Positions 43,778 through 54,544 of a DNA stretch of 64,000 nucleotides are shown here, piece after piece. A program made the position numbers and the translations under genes. Each line of letters opens with the position of its first letter. The stretch's first letter is position 1. The DNA comes from Tetramitus jugosus (lineage: Eukaryota; Protista; Heterolobosea): NCBI GenBank assembly GCA_937625935.1, contig OW569363.1, positions 186,001 through 250,000 on the forward strand, written 5' to 3'. The notes under the pieces were generated by a model. That model saw nothing but the letters and a program-made list of their open reading frames with translations, was not told the DNA's origin and did not search any database.

Positions 43778-44884
43778 ATGGGTTTTGAAGGAAGAGGAGG
43801 CGGAAGAGGCGGAGGCCGTGGAGGCTTTGGCGGTGACCGTGGTGGCCGTGGAGGCGGATTCGGTGGTCGCGGAGGTGGTCGTGGAGGCGGATTCGGTGGT
43901 CGCGGAGGTGGTCGTGGAGGCGGCTTTGGTGCACCAGCTAGAGGCGGTGGCCGTGGTGGCTTTGGCGGTGGAGACCGTGGTGGTGGCCGTGGAGGAGGCT
44001 TTGGTGGTCGCGGTGGCGGCAGAGGTGGCTTTGGTGGAGACCGTGGTGGCCGTGGAGGTGGCTTTGGCGGTGGCCGTGGTGGCGCAAGAGGAGGAGCCCG
44101 TGGTGGTGGCAGAGGTGCACCAAGAGGCAGAGGTGCTCCAGGTGGAAGAGGTGGCCGTGGTGGTGGCGCAAGAGGAGGAGCAAAGGTGACTGTGATTCCA
44201 CATAGACATGAAGGTGTCTTTATCTCAGAGGGTAAGGATCAATCTCTGCTCACAAAGAATATGGTTCCAGGAGAGTCTGTCTATGGTGAAAAGAGAATAA
44301 CCGTTGATGTCGATGGTGGTGATAAAATTGAATACAGAGTGTGGAATCCTTTCAGAAGTAAGTTGGGTGCTGGTATCCTCGGTGGTTTGGAAAACATTTA
44401 TATCAAGCCTGGCACAAAACTGTTATATCTAGGAGCTGCCTCCGGAACAACTGTTTCTCACTGCTCTGACCTCGTTGGTCCAGAAGGTCTTGTCTATGCT
44501 GTCGAATTCTCTGAGAGATCTGGCAGAGATTTGATTGAAATGGCAAAGAAGCGTACAAATGTCATTCCTATCCTCGAAGATGCTCGTCATCCACTCAGAT
44601 ATAGAATGTTGGTCGATATGGTTGACACTGTGTTTGCTGATGTGGCTCAGCCTGACCAAGCCAGAATTGTTGCCTATAACTCTCAATTCTTCTTGAAGCC
44701 TGGTGGTCACTTTGTCATCTCCATCAAGGCCAGCTGTATTGATTCCACTGTCCAGGCAGAAGTTGTGTTTGCCAAGGAAGTTGAAACCCTGCAAAATGAA
44801 GGATTTACACCAGAAGAACAATTGACCCTAGAACCTTACGAAAGAGATCACGCCATTGTCGTGGGAACATACCGAGCACAGTAA
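43778..44884 (+). CDS. FBL: Fibrillarin (rRNA 2'-O-methyltransferase)
   Basis: Long RGG/GAR domain, [44 protein letters not shown]. Confidence 0.98.
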   Translation: MGFEGRGGGRGGGRGGFGGDRGGRGGGFGGRGGGRGGGFGGRGGGRGGGFGAPARGGGRGGFGGGDRGGGRGGGFGGRGGGRGGFGGDRGGRGGGFGGGRGGARGGARGGGRGAPRGRGAPGGRGGRGGGARGGAKVTVIPHRHEGVFISEGKDQSLLTKNMVPGESVYGEKRITVDVDGGDKIEYRVWNPFRSKLGAGILGGLENIYIKPGTKLLYLGAASGTTVSHCSDLVGPEGLVYAVEFSERSGRDLIEMAKKRTNVIPILEDARHPLRYRMLVDMVDTVFADVAQPDQARIVAYNSQFFLKPGGHFVISIKASCIDSTVQAEVVFAKEVETLQNEGFTPEEQLTLEPYERDHAIVVGTYRAQ

Positions 44885-45003
44885 ATTTATTTTTTTTACA
44901 ATCCCCAGAGTGTGATCGTTTGTGTTTTTTTGACGATGTGTTTGTCATGCAAACAAGTGGATCAAAAAAACCAAGTCACACACGATATTGTTTTTGTTTG
45001 AAG

Positions 45004-45225
45004 ATGGATGATTACTATGCAGGAAAGGATCGTTATGTCATTGTACAGAACGCATCACCATCCACCATGTTTACTGGACCGTATCGTCAATGTCCATCAC
45101 AAGCCCTACACTATGCCAACTGTGTCAGAGAGAATATGAGAGGCATACGGCGGAACACTTGTCAGAATGAAATGATGCAACTCATGACCTGCATCAAGCA
45201 AAAGAAAGCAGCTGCAAGAAAGTAG
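45004..45225 (+). CDS. Twin CX9C protein, NDUFAF8-like
   Basis: CPSQALHYANC...CQNEMMQLMTC: twin CX9C with the spacing and the Y..C pattern of NDUFAF8. Confidence 0.7.
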   Translation: MDDYYAGKDRYVIVQNASPSTMFTGPYRQCPSQALHYANCVRENMRGIRRNTCQNEMMQLMTCIKQKKAAARK

Positions 45226-45320
45226 CTAAACCACCAACAGAGTAAAATATGTGTTGCTTGTTGAAAAGAAATTCTTGACGTGCATTTATTGCTTTACAAC
45301 CACACAAAATACAATAATGT

Positions 45321-46130
45321 TCATGCAGTGTGAACTGAAGATGAACCACTGGCAGGAACTACGATTCTTAAGCTCTGCGGCAGTGTACTCACATCCACAC
45401 CAATTGCTTCCAATCTCGAAAGCACATCATGTGCTGACTCACCATAAATCTCTGCTACACAATGATAGCCAGTGTAAGCAGCATCCATGAGTGCCATCAC
45501 ATCATCTCTCGTGCTAATCGTTCCAAACACAAGCAAGTGAGCTCCATGTCTCAACAATGCACTCAGAATCGATCTTCTGCTCAGTGTTGGATGAGTTGTT
45601 AGCTTATACACACCCTCACTCTGCACGTTGACACTGCCGCTCGGAGCAATTGAATAAACAAGCGCGCTTCTCTCTACAGCGGCATCACACAACCGATTGA
45701 TAAATTGTCGGCGAATATCAGCGCGCGTAGAGGCCACCAATAAAACTCCTGCTTGAAGCGACTCTGCCGATGCGGAATGGGATGTCAAATAAGTAACGAG
45801 TGACCGTTGGGTCTGACCTGTGACCAATGGGGAGAATTGAACCAGAACATCACTACCACCTGTAGCAGCTTTTGTGCGATCAATAATTTGAGGATGGATT
45901 AGATCACGAATATGAATGCTTTTTTGGCGCTTTGGTTTTTGATTTTGAGATCTATGAGCTTGTTTGTTGATATCAACAGTTGTTTCTGAGTGACTACTGA
46001 GAGAAGAAGCAACTGCTGCACTCATGTGTTGTAATCGAACCACATTGGGAGACAAGTGATTCAATAAGGTATTTGCTCTGCGATGCCAAACTTGCTGTTT
46101 TTGATTGTTGTCTTCTTCATGTTGTTGCAT
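45321..46130 (-). CDS. Degenerate GspE/PilB (T2SS/T4P secretion ATPase)-like protein with PTS2-like N-terminus
   Basis: LSALLRHGAHLLVFGTISTRDDVMALMDAAYTGYHCVAEIYGESAHDVLSRLEAIGVD aligns with the LRAxLRQDPDxIxxGEIRD...AxxTGHLVxxTLH...RLxxxGV block of PilB/GspE. Walker A is replaced by GVLLVASTRADIR. Confidence 0.7.
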   Translation of the reverse strand: MQQHEEDNNQKQQVWHRRANTLLNHLSPNVVRLQHMSAAVASSLSSHSETTVDINKQAHRSQNQKPKRQKSIHIRDLIHPQIIDRTKAATGGSDVLVQFSPLVTGQTQRSLVTYLTSHSASAESLQAGVLLVASTRADIRRQFINRLCDAAVERSALVYSIAPSGSVNVQSEGVYKLTTHPTLSRRSILSALLRHGAHLLVFGTISTRDDVMALMDAAYTGYHCVAEIYGESAHDVLSRLEAIGVDVSTLPQSLRIVVPASGSSSVHTA

Positions 46131-46315
46131 GTTGTTGTTGCTGCAGATGATGCATTATAGAAATGAAGATCCAATATATATCCGCGGAATGATGAGGTCA
46201 GCAGATGTTCTTGAAGTTTTTTTTCTCTCTGTGGGGGTGGAGTTTTTGATTGTGTGGGATTTTGATTTTGCACACTTCAACAAATATTCACAACTGCAGC
46301 AGCTCACCCAAACTC

Positions 46316-48280
46316 ATGCTGAGAATTTTCCCACAACAACAAACATCGTCAAGGTCAAGACAACATCTTTGCTACGCGCATCGTCTCCAACAGCAACAGC
46401 AACCTCTCCTCATCATCAACAACCATAAGCTATTGCTCTCCTCTTCTTTATTTTTGAGACAAGAAGCTTCATTCCTTATCAAACAACGTTCGACAACAAC
46501 AACAAGAACCAATCACCACCTCTTTCCACAAACCACAAAATTCACCAACATCGTCCATAAAATGTCGACATCAACAACTGCAACGACTACTCCTCCATCC
46601 ACAAAATCAGGCCAATTTGACCGTGTGGAAAATCCAATTGTTCCCAACGGTTATCAAATGATCTCTGAGGGCACTGCACATCAAATTCACGTGCAACAAG
46701 GTGAAGTCTTCTACAACAAGGTTCAAGTCATCAACAGAGACTTGTCCACACTTGTGATTCAAGTGTTTGATCAAGTCAGAAGAAGAGAGCACGAACAAGC
46801 TCAAGAGCAAAAGAGACAAAAGATGATTCAGAGACTACAAAATCAACAACAACAGCAACAACAACAACAACAACAAAATGGTTCAGAACAACAAGTGCAA
46901 CAACAGTCTGCTGAAATTGAAAACATCAAGATTTTAGAGGCATTGAGTGCTACTGGTTTGCGGGCGATTCGTTACTGGAAAGAAATACCGAACATTGATC
47001 ACATTATTGCCAATGATTTGTTGCCTGATGCAGTGGAAGCCATTCGCAGAAATGTTCAATTCAATCAAGTGGACGAAAATTGTGTGAGACCAAATTTGGC
47101 CGACGCTACAGAGTTCATGTACACTCACAGAAAACCAGAGTTGCAGTATCATGTCGTTGATTTGGATCCTTATGGTGGTGCTGATATCTTTATTGATGGA
47201 GCTGTTCAATCCGTAAAGGATGGTGGATTGTTGTGTGTCACTTGCACGGATATGGCTGTTTTGGCGGGAAATCAAGCCGGTACATGCTTTGCAAAGTATG
47301 GTGCTTATCCATTGCCGTTGAAGAGTTGTCATGAACAGGCATTGCGCATCTTGTTGGCAGCAATTCAAACCAGTGCAAGCAAGTACAAGAGATATGTGGA
47401 GCCATTGGTTTGCTTTAGCATTGATTTTTATGTGAGAGTATTTGTGCGTATTCATGTCTCACCTGCCAAGGTCAAGAAGATTCATGCCAATTATGGCAAT
47501 GTGATCATGTGCATGGGTTGTGATGCTTTCCATTTTGAACCAGTAGGAAAGGTGTATGACGAGTCAAACAATGACAAGAGCTTTAAGAAATCTGCATCAC
47601 CTCACTTTACTACCGTAGGTTCAGAGTGCGCAGAATGTGGCGGTAGGCACAAGATTGGTGGTCCAATTTGGAGTGCTCCTATCCATAACGTTGAATTTTT
47701 GGATCAATGTTTGGCTCACTTGGAGCAAAACAAGGAACGATTTAACACTGTTAAGAGAATGACTGGCTTGTTGACTGCAGCCAAGAAGGAAATCCCTGAT
47801 GCGCCACTGTTCCATGACTACAATCACATTTGTTCCAAGATTAAGTGCTCATCCCCACCAGTCAATTTGGTTCGTTCTGCAATTTTGAATGCAGGTTACA
47901 GAGTTTCTCAAACTCATTGCAAAGCAAATGGTATCAAGACTGATGCGCCAATTAAATTAGTTTATGACATTTTCAGAGAGTGGGTCAAGACTCATCCAAG
48001 CAGAATAGCTGGCACGGATACTCCTGGCGGTAGAATCTTGGCAAAGGAAGTTTCAACACCTGTGAACTTTGAGCTTAGACCTGAAGCTGTTCTTGACTCC
48101 AGACACACAAAGATTCCAATCTTCTTGCCTAACCCTGAAGAGAACTGGGGACCTGGAAGAAGAGCAAAGGGCGCAAAGAAGAGAGATCGCGATGCAGACG
48201 TAGATATGGAAGAAGTTACAGCAGCACCAGACTCCCTGGATGAAACACCTGCAAACAAACAAGCAAAGGTTGAGGAATAA
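46316..48280 (+). CDS. TRM1: tRNA (guanine26-N2,N2)-dimethyltransferase; alternative start at 46562
   Basis: VFYNKVQVINRDLS, ILEALSATGLRAIRY, DLDPYG, LCVTCTD, SIDFYVRVF, CxxC pairs, NPEENWGP. Confidence 0.96.
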   Translation: MLRIFPQQQTSSRSRQHLCYAHRLQQQQQPLLIINNHKLLLSSSLFLRQEASFLIKQRSTTTTRTNHHLFPQTTKFTNIVHKMSTSTTATTTPPSTKSGQFDRVENPIVPNGYQMISEGTAHQIHVQQGEVFYNKVQVINRDLSTLVIQVFDQVRRREHEQAQEQKRQKMIQRLQNQQQQQQQQQQQNGSEQQVQQQSAEIENIKILEALSATGLRAIRYWKEIPNIDHIIANDLLPDAVEAIRRNVQFNQVDENCVRPNLADATEFMYTHRKPELQYHVVDLDPYGGADIFIDGAVQSVKDGGLLCVTCTDMAVLAGNQAGTCFAKYGAYPLPLKSCHEQALRILLAAIQTSASKYKRYVEPLVCFSIDFYVRVFVRIHVSPAKVKKIHANYGNVIMCMGCDAFHFEPVGKVYDESNNDKSFKKSASPHFTTVGSECAECGGRHKIGGPIWSAPIHNVEFLDQCLAHLEQNKERFNTVKRMTGLLTAAKKEIPDAPLFHDYNHICSKIKCSSPPVNLVRSAILNAGYRVSQTHCKANGIKTDAPIKLVYDIFREWVKTHPSRIAGTDTPGGRILAKEVSTPVNFELRPEAVLDSRHTKIPIFLPNPEENWGPGRRAKGAKKRDRDADVDMEEVTAAPDSLDETPANKQAKVEE

Positions 48281-48329
48281 AGCAGAGACATATAGATCAT
48301 TAATTTATTCGATTTGGATCATTGATTTC

Positions 48330-48920
48330 TCATTTGGTTTTATCTTCGGGGCTATCCTCCCTTTTCCATTCTTTTCTCTTCTGCTTGTCAGCTTCTATCT
48401 GGTTTCTCACACGTTCCAACTCTTTTTGTTTCTGGTGCTTCTCCTTTTGTTTCTCTGCAATTTCCTTCAAATTTTGTTCCTTCTTGAATCGTTCTTTTTC
48501 TTCAAATGAATCTCCCTTGAGACGATGCGAGGCCACTTCCATGTTTCCCTTGGTTTTTGCATCCTGGATCGTTCCTTCCTCTCTGACCAGCACATTGCTC
48601 TTTCTTGCACTGACGATTGCAATGGATCCGCTTGGAATCAAACCTCCCACATCCCTTAATTTTGTCGTAGCAAATTGATCATGCGAGTAAATAATCTTTG
48701 GGAAGACAACAGTGTGGATCTCAAATGATCCTTCCTTGTGATAGATGGCACCCCCAGATTTCTTATCTACACCGAGTTCCATGGCCTTTTTTATGACATA
48801 TTTTGCCACTGTGGTCAGAGTCATACCAGCCTTAAACTTTGCCTTGACCAAAGTACCGTCGTGTAGTCTGATCCCTAGGAGACATTCTTGATCGTCAGCT
48901 ATCGTAGTTGTTGAGGACAT
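48330..48920 (-). CDS. UBX-domain protein with C-terminal charged coiled coil
   Basis: CLLGIRLHDGTLVKAKF...FPKIIY...LRDVGGLIPSGSIAI (UBX) followed by ERVRNQIEADKQKRKE. Confidence 0.75.
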   Translation of the reverse strand: MSSTTTIADDQECLLGIRLHDGTLVKAKFKAGMTLTTVAKYVIKKAMELGVDKKSGGAIYHKEGSFEIHTVVFPKIIYSHDQFATTKLRDVGGLIPSGSIAIVSARKSNVLVREEGTIQDAKTKGNMEVASHRLKGDSFEEKERFKKEQNLKEIAEKQKEKHQKQKELERVRNQIEADKQKRKEWKREDSPEDKTK

Positions 48921-49316
48921 TTTCAGTTGTGTGCTTGTTTTATTCGGAGCTCTTTTTTCGAGTTCGTCTCGTTGAATAATTTTGAAGGAAACCGTGGAAT
49001 TGAACGTTTCCGGAGCTTGAGAAAGCTACTGCAACTACAGCCACAAATTGAACAACGAGTGACCCAAGATTTGAAGGAATGGGCCAGGAAGGGAACTTTG
49101 GAACCTGAATGGATCCGTTGTTCATCTCAGAGATCAAGTGTCAGAGTCTGGGAAACAAAATAGGACAACGGAGCAGCGGTTCACCACTACACTCCGTTTT
49201 GTTTCCCAGCCGGGATCCACAAAAAAAAGCAGCAGCACTCTCAAAATTCACCAACACCTTTGAACAACGGAAAGCTGCAGCTTCTCCCACAACACCATCA
49301 ACGAAAAAAAAAACTC

Positions 49317-52300
49317 ATGGGATCAACGAGCAGCACAATCGCAGGTGCCGATGAAGATATCAACCGACTCCGCACATTTGATTCTCTCGTCATTCAGACC
49401 TCTTCAACTACGACTACCACTACGACGATGACGACTGCTACATCCACAAACAACGATCACAACAACAGCAATCACAACACTCAAACACCACCACTCGCAA
49501 CAACTCCTCTCAAAAATAATCGGGAAACACCGGAGAATTATTTTGCCGACAATGGCTACAACAGTTGTTCGAGTGACGCAATGGACGAAGACACACAATC
49601 AGTTCAATCATTGACTCATATGGAGTTTGATTTGATGGCAAACAAGGTGAGTTTATCACTGTCTCGCGTCTTATCAGGTCACGATTTTTCATCACCTCTC
49701 TCTCAAGCAGTCATGATGAATGATCATGTGAGTAGTAGCAGTAGTGGTAGTGTTGTTGTTGATAGTATGGGTGGTCAAGTATCAGAAGATGAGAAGGAAC
49801 AACAACCCACTTTCAACAGCAGAGACAGAAAACGAAGAAATGCATATCATGTGAAAAAACAACAACACGAACAACAAAAGAAATTGAATTCGATGATGAT
49901 GACAAATATGAAAACAACAGAAGTGACAAGTGTAACAACGGCAGGTGAGTTGGTGCAGCCTTCTCATCATCATCATCATCAAGCATTTTCAATTCTAGAG
50001 TATTTGTTGAGTGATTTTGAGTTGGTCATGTTGAATGTTGCATCGTTTTTGGATTGTAGGGAACTATGTTATTTTTCAAGGTTTGTTTTTATTATTGCAA
50101 TAATGTTGTTGTTGTTGTTGTTGTTGATAGTGGAGATGGTTTGGTGGTTATTAACCATGGAATGTGCTTGTGTTGTTTGGTTTCATGTAGAGTGTGTAAA
50201 TTATTTAGGAAATTGGAGGTGGATAACAAGGTGTATCTGTGGCAGAATTTGTTTCGGTCTCACAAGGTGAACATGATATGCTTGAGTACCAATCCGTTTC
50301 ATGCACTAAAGAGCTTTGAGGAGTCAAGGAGGTTTCGATTGGAGCAGAGTCGGAAATTGAGGTTCACTTGTTCGCCACCGCATTCGCCAGTGGATGATCC
50401 GTTAAGAGAGCTTTCTGCTGTGATTGGGGATTGGAAGGAAGCTTGTTTAAAATATGGTAAGTGGATGATAATTGATCATGATGGCGATAATGATAATGGT
50501 GATGATACTAACAATGGAATTATCTCGTGTGCATGTTTATTTAATCTTGTTAGTGTTTGTGAAGCGAAAGATTATATCTGAGACTCATGAGCGTGAATTG
50601 TTGCGAAATTTGTCGAATCAATATAAAATTCAAAAGCAGGATCAAAACGGTGATATCAAGACACAAACCGAGAGCCGCAAGCGATTTAGTGATGAAGTGA
50701 GAGAGTCACGGCGCACATCGATGAAAATTTTGCAATCGTTTCAGGATTCAGATGAAGAGGATGATGACTTTGGTGTTGATTGGGATTCAGATGATGATCA
50801 AGATCACAAAGGCAATAACATCAATAGTTCGCCAACAATGTCTCCTAGTCCTAAGGATATTAGTACGACCAATAACAATGCAAATAACAACAGTGGAAAC
50901 AAATTATCCCTGAGTATTCAAATGGCAAACAAAATATCACCTCGGGTTGACGGTGTGAATGATTCAGAGCTGCCGAATGAAGCTTCTGCATCCAAAACAT
51001 TGGCATCTTCATCCCCATTGGCCTCCAGTTTCTTTAATCGGATGGGCAGTATGATGGGTTCGAGAAGGAAATCCTTTGATTCACCCAATGTAGAACACGA
51101 AGTCGTTCATAACGAAAGTATGGAACTAGAAGATTTTGGGGGTGCTCATATAAACGAACGAGGATCATCGAGCAGTGAAGATTCAAGTACGTGGGAATCA
51201 GACTCTGACGACGATACAGACACTGTCATCATTTTGCCAACACCAGTTAAACAACCAGTTGATCGGAGTATGAGCATATCTGCGATTACGCTGGATTTTG
51301 ATACGGATCTTCCACTGGAGGGAACTCTTTACTCGAGCGATGCTTCAGATGGAGTGCCTTCAACGACGAAAACGAATGCGAGCGGGAACAAATCGAGTCT
51401 GTTACAAAAATTTAACGATGATGATGATGACAGTGACGATGATTTTTTACCAAACGATACAGGAATTAATTTCGATAGCGATGACTCGTGGAATTTGAGT
51501 GATAAGGATGAAAAGGAGGAAGCGGTTGCTCCTGCTAAGGTACCGATCGTCAATTCAAAAAATAGACTTGCGGCTTTTTGTGACGACGACGATACCGATG
51601 CAAGTGATGATTTTGGAGAGATAAAGGATGCTGATGAGTCTGATATTGGAGAGGGTGGTGCTTTTGGAGAATCGTTTGTAAAGCAAGAAGTCATAGAGCA
51701 GGAAACTTTGACGGTTGATGATCTAATAACCTGTCTAACGAATGAAACGAGAATGAAGGAGACCTATCTTAGTCTATCGAATGCTCAAACACAAAAATTC
51801 CACAGCCAATTATTTTCTCTTGGACAAAAAACGAAAATGGACGAGCATTTATCGGTCATGAGTGATACAATGCCAGAGGTTACAATGGAGCCAAGTGACT
51901 GGCCAACAACTCTTGCTTTCTACAATGAAAAGAAGGGTCATGGAGTGAAGGTAAAGATAATATTTTTAGAGGCTGTCCAAACACCTAATCCGGCCAAGTT
52001 TTGCCATCCATTGGTCACACAATTTGGATCAACCCTCGAACAATTTGACAACTTGTATCCTGCTCTTATTATCGGGCCCTGGTTGCTCCACTGGAATCCT
52101 AGTCACTCACTTGTTGTTCCGCGGAAAATGACATCGAATTTAATGAAGGTGCAAGCTCGTATTCATAAGATTGCAGAAATGTTCTCCTACAACTTAGACA
52201 ATGTAGTAGAAGTTGTTGGACCTGAGATTGTAAAGTGGAACACTAGCGTCATACATAATCTACAGTCCTCGAATGGAATACATTTCATTGATCGCATTAT

Positions 52301-52739
52301 GACCGTACTCGGACTAGGCGATGTCCTCAAGAGAAACAGAATAGGAAACACCTTGTATAACTACATTGAATTAGCGAGAGAAAAGGGAAGAGCAGGTCTG
52401 ACGTTCGATGTCAATGCAGCTGATGACTGTTACTCCTTCCTGCGGACGAGTCCTTCCGAACGCTTTATCAGACAATTTACGACGCACCAGGAACTGGATC
52501 AATTCACTCGTCAATTGATTGAACACGATCCTAGCTACACAGTTGTTCGCTGTGAAGATTATTCGCTGCTTCTTATGTTCGACTTAGCATTCTGGTGCAA
52601 ACATCAGCTGTTTCCAGATCATCCTCAATACAAGCCACTCCGAAAAGATATTCTCAGGATGAGTGAAGAAGAAAGAAAGAGTGTTACTTGCTCCACTACT
52701 CTTCTTTGTCCATGTGGTTGTCCTCCATCCATCACATAA
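49317..52739 (+). CDS. F-box protein with acidic linker and C-terminal globular domain (exons 49317-50080, 50191-50456, 50554-52739)
   Basis: Spliced F-box LVMLNVASFLDCRELCYFSRVCKLFRKL...LWQNLF. Introns GTTTGT...TAG and GTAAGT...TAG (TACTAAC branch). MGSTSS myristoylation-like start. Confidence 0.8.
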
Positions 52740-52994
52740 ACTTTTTAGTAAAACAAGTTTATGTTTTTATGTCAAACTCTGCGCTTTTCGTACCTTTCGC
52801 TCACGCTAAGCTGTAAATCAAGTTGTAATTGTGTTTACTGTATTGGGAGTTGATTTGGTTGTTTCCAAAGAGCTAAATGTCAGGGCAAGAATGATGAGAC
52901 AAATAAATATTCAATATTCTTTCATTCCTTCTCAGAAGTGCAATGGTATGATTTTCAAGGAAAGCAGTGGGACTTTATTATTAATCGTCTTGCT

Positions 52995-53819
52995 TTAACA
53001 GAATCTGTCTCCATTGAATGCAGATGGAAGGTCCTTTGCCTTGATGAGTTTGATTCCTCTCGATGCCATGTCTGCCTCGGCAGCTGAAATTGTAGAAGGA
53101 GAAATACCAACAGTAGCATCTTCGATAACAAAGGTCTTGTAACCATAGGATGACTTGGAATCAGAAGCAGAGAAGTAAACGCAGTAGTCCAATGCAATAC
53201 CAACGAGGTAAACCTCATCAATGTCGTGTGCAATCAAGATGTTGTTCAAAATAGTCTCATGGAAGTGACCATTGTCAAAGAATGCAGAGTAGGAGTCAAG
53301 GTCGCACTTGAAACCCTTCTGGACAACGACGTCAGTACTCTTCTTGACCAATGAGCCAACAAACTCAGCATCAGTAGTGTTTTGGACACAGTGATCTGGC
53401 CACAAGGTTTGACTCAAAGTAACAGTTTGAGCACCAGTGCAATCAACACCATAGTTGGCCTTTGGAGCCAAATTTGGAGTGATACACAAGTCTCCATTCG
53501 CATTGTACACGAGGTCTCTTGAGGAGAACACTGGATACCCGACATGAGAAGAAGCAAAGGAAGCATGGTTTGGACAATGCCAGTCTTGAGTTCTAACAAC
53601 AAGATCAAAGTGTTGTTCATATCTGTTTCTGATTCTGTTGATGGTTGGAACGATGCCCAATCCACCAGAGACTGCCAATGAACCACCTTCGACGAAACAG
53701 TTTTGAACATCAATCATCAATAGGGCTCTCTTTGGAGAGATACGTTTGGCTTGGGTCAGAGAGCTGGTAAAGCAGACGAGAGCGAGCAATAGAGCTACAA
53801 CAGTAGTTTTGTACATCAT
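52995..53819 (-). CDS. PNC1: Nicotinamidase/pyrazinamidase with signal peptide
   Basis: ALLMIDVQNCF..GGSLAV, TQDWH, LWPDHCVQ, KG...DSYSAFFDN, GIALDYCV; hydrophobic N-terminal signal VVALLLALVCFTSSLTQA. Confidence 0.92.
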   Translation of the reverse strand: MMYKTTVVALLLALVCFTSSLTQAKRISPKRALLMIDVQNCFVEGGSLAVSGGLGIVPTINRIRNRYEQHFDLVVRTQDWHCPNHASFASSHVGYPVFSSRDLVYNANGDLCITPNLAPKANYGVDCTGAQTVTLSQTLWPDHCVQNTTDAEFVGSLVKKSTDVVVQKGFKCDLDSYSAFFDNGHFHETILNNILIAHDIDEVYLVGIALDYCVYFSASDSKSSYGYKTFVIEDATVGISPSTISAAEADMASRGIKLIKAKDLPSAFNGDRFC

Positions 53820-54544
53820 GGCTTGAATATGAATACGAAGGTAATATCAGAGAGTAAGGTTCACTAGGCTACAGGTTGTAGTTTTGGAGTACTATAGTTA
53901 ATATATATTAGTTTTGTTGTTGTGAGAGACTGGAATAACAACTTTAGATTTCCAATTTATAGGCACCATGACATCTCAAGATTTGTCCAGGAAGGTGAAG
54001 TTTCGCGACTTTGAAATCATCAACTGCTCAACAATGCGCGACCTGTCATGTACAAATCTGTCATTGGTTTACTCAGTTTGGTTCAGATTCATGAAATCAA
54101 AGATTTGGATATTGTGCCGTATTAGATGAAAACGTCAACCTCACAAAGATAGCATTCAAGTGATTTTACCATTTTAACAGAAGATATGCGAATGGTTGGT
54201 GACATTGGAGAAGAGTCGGTTGCATATGGGTCGTTGACTTGAAACAGAAGATCGGCGGCTGGTAACAGAATAGTATGTGAACAAAACGAACGTGCTTTAT
54301 TCATTTTCAATTAAACGATTTAGCGACTCAATCTTAAGTTGCTCACTGATACAATTTAGGAATGCATTTGTTGCCAAAGTTCACTCCGGAGTGAAGTCAA
54401 CACCAGTACGGGAAGAAGCCACGTGGTCCCGGAAATTTCTGGCAAGATTGCTCCTTTTGCTCTTTTCACAAAAAAACAACGAAAGCTATTTCCATCTTCC
54501 TGCTGAAAAAACAACAAAACAAATCACCAATTCAAAAAGCAGCA

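Noticed and set aside
43715-44209. Alternative-frame and antisense ORFs over the fibrillarin GAR region
   Set aside because: Shadow ORFs produced by the GGN/CGN repeat.
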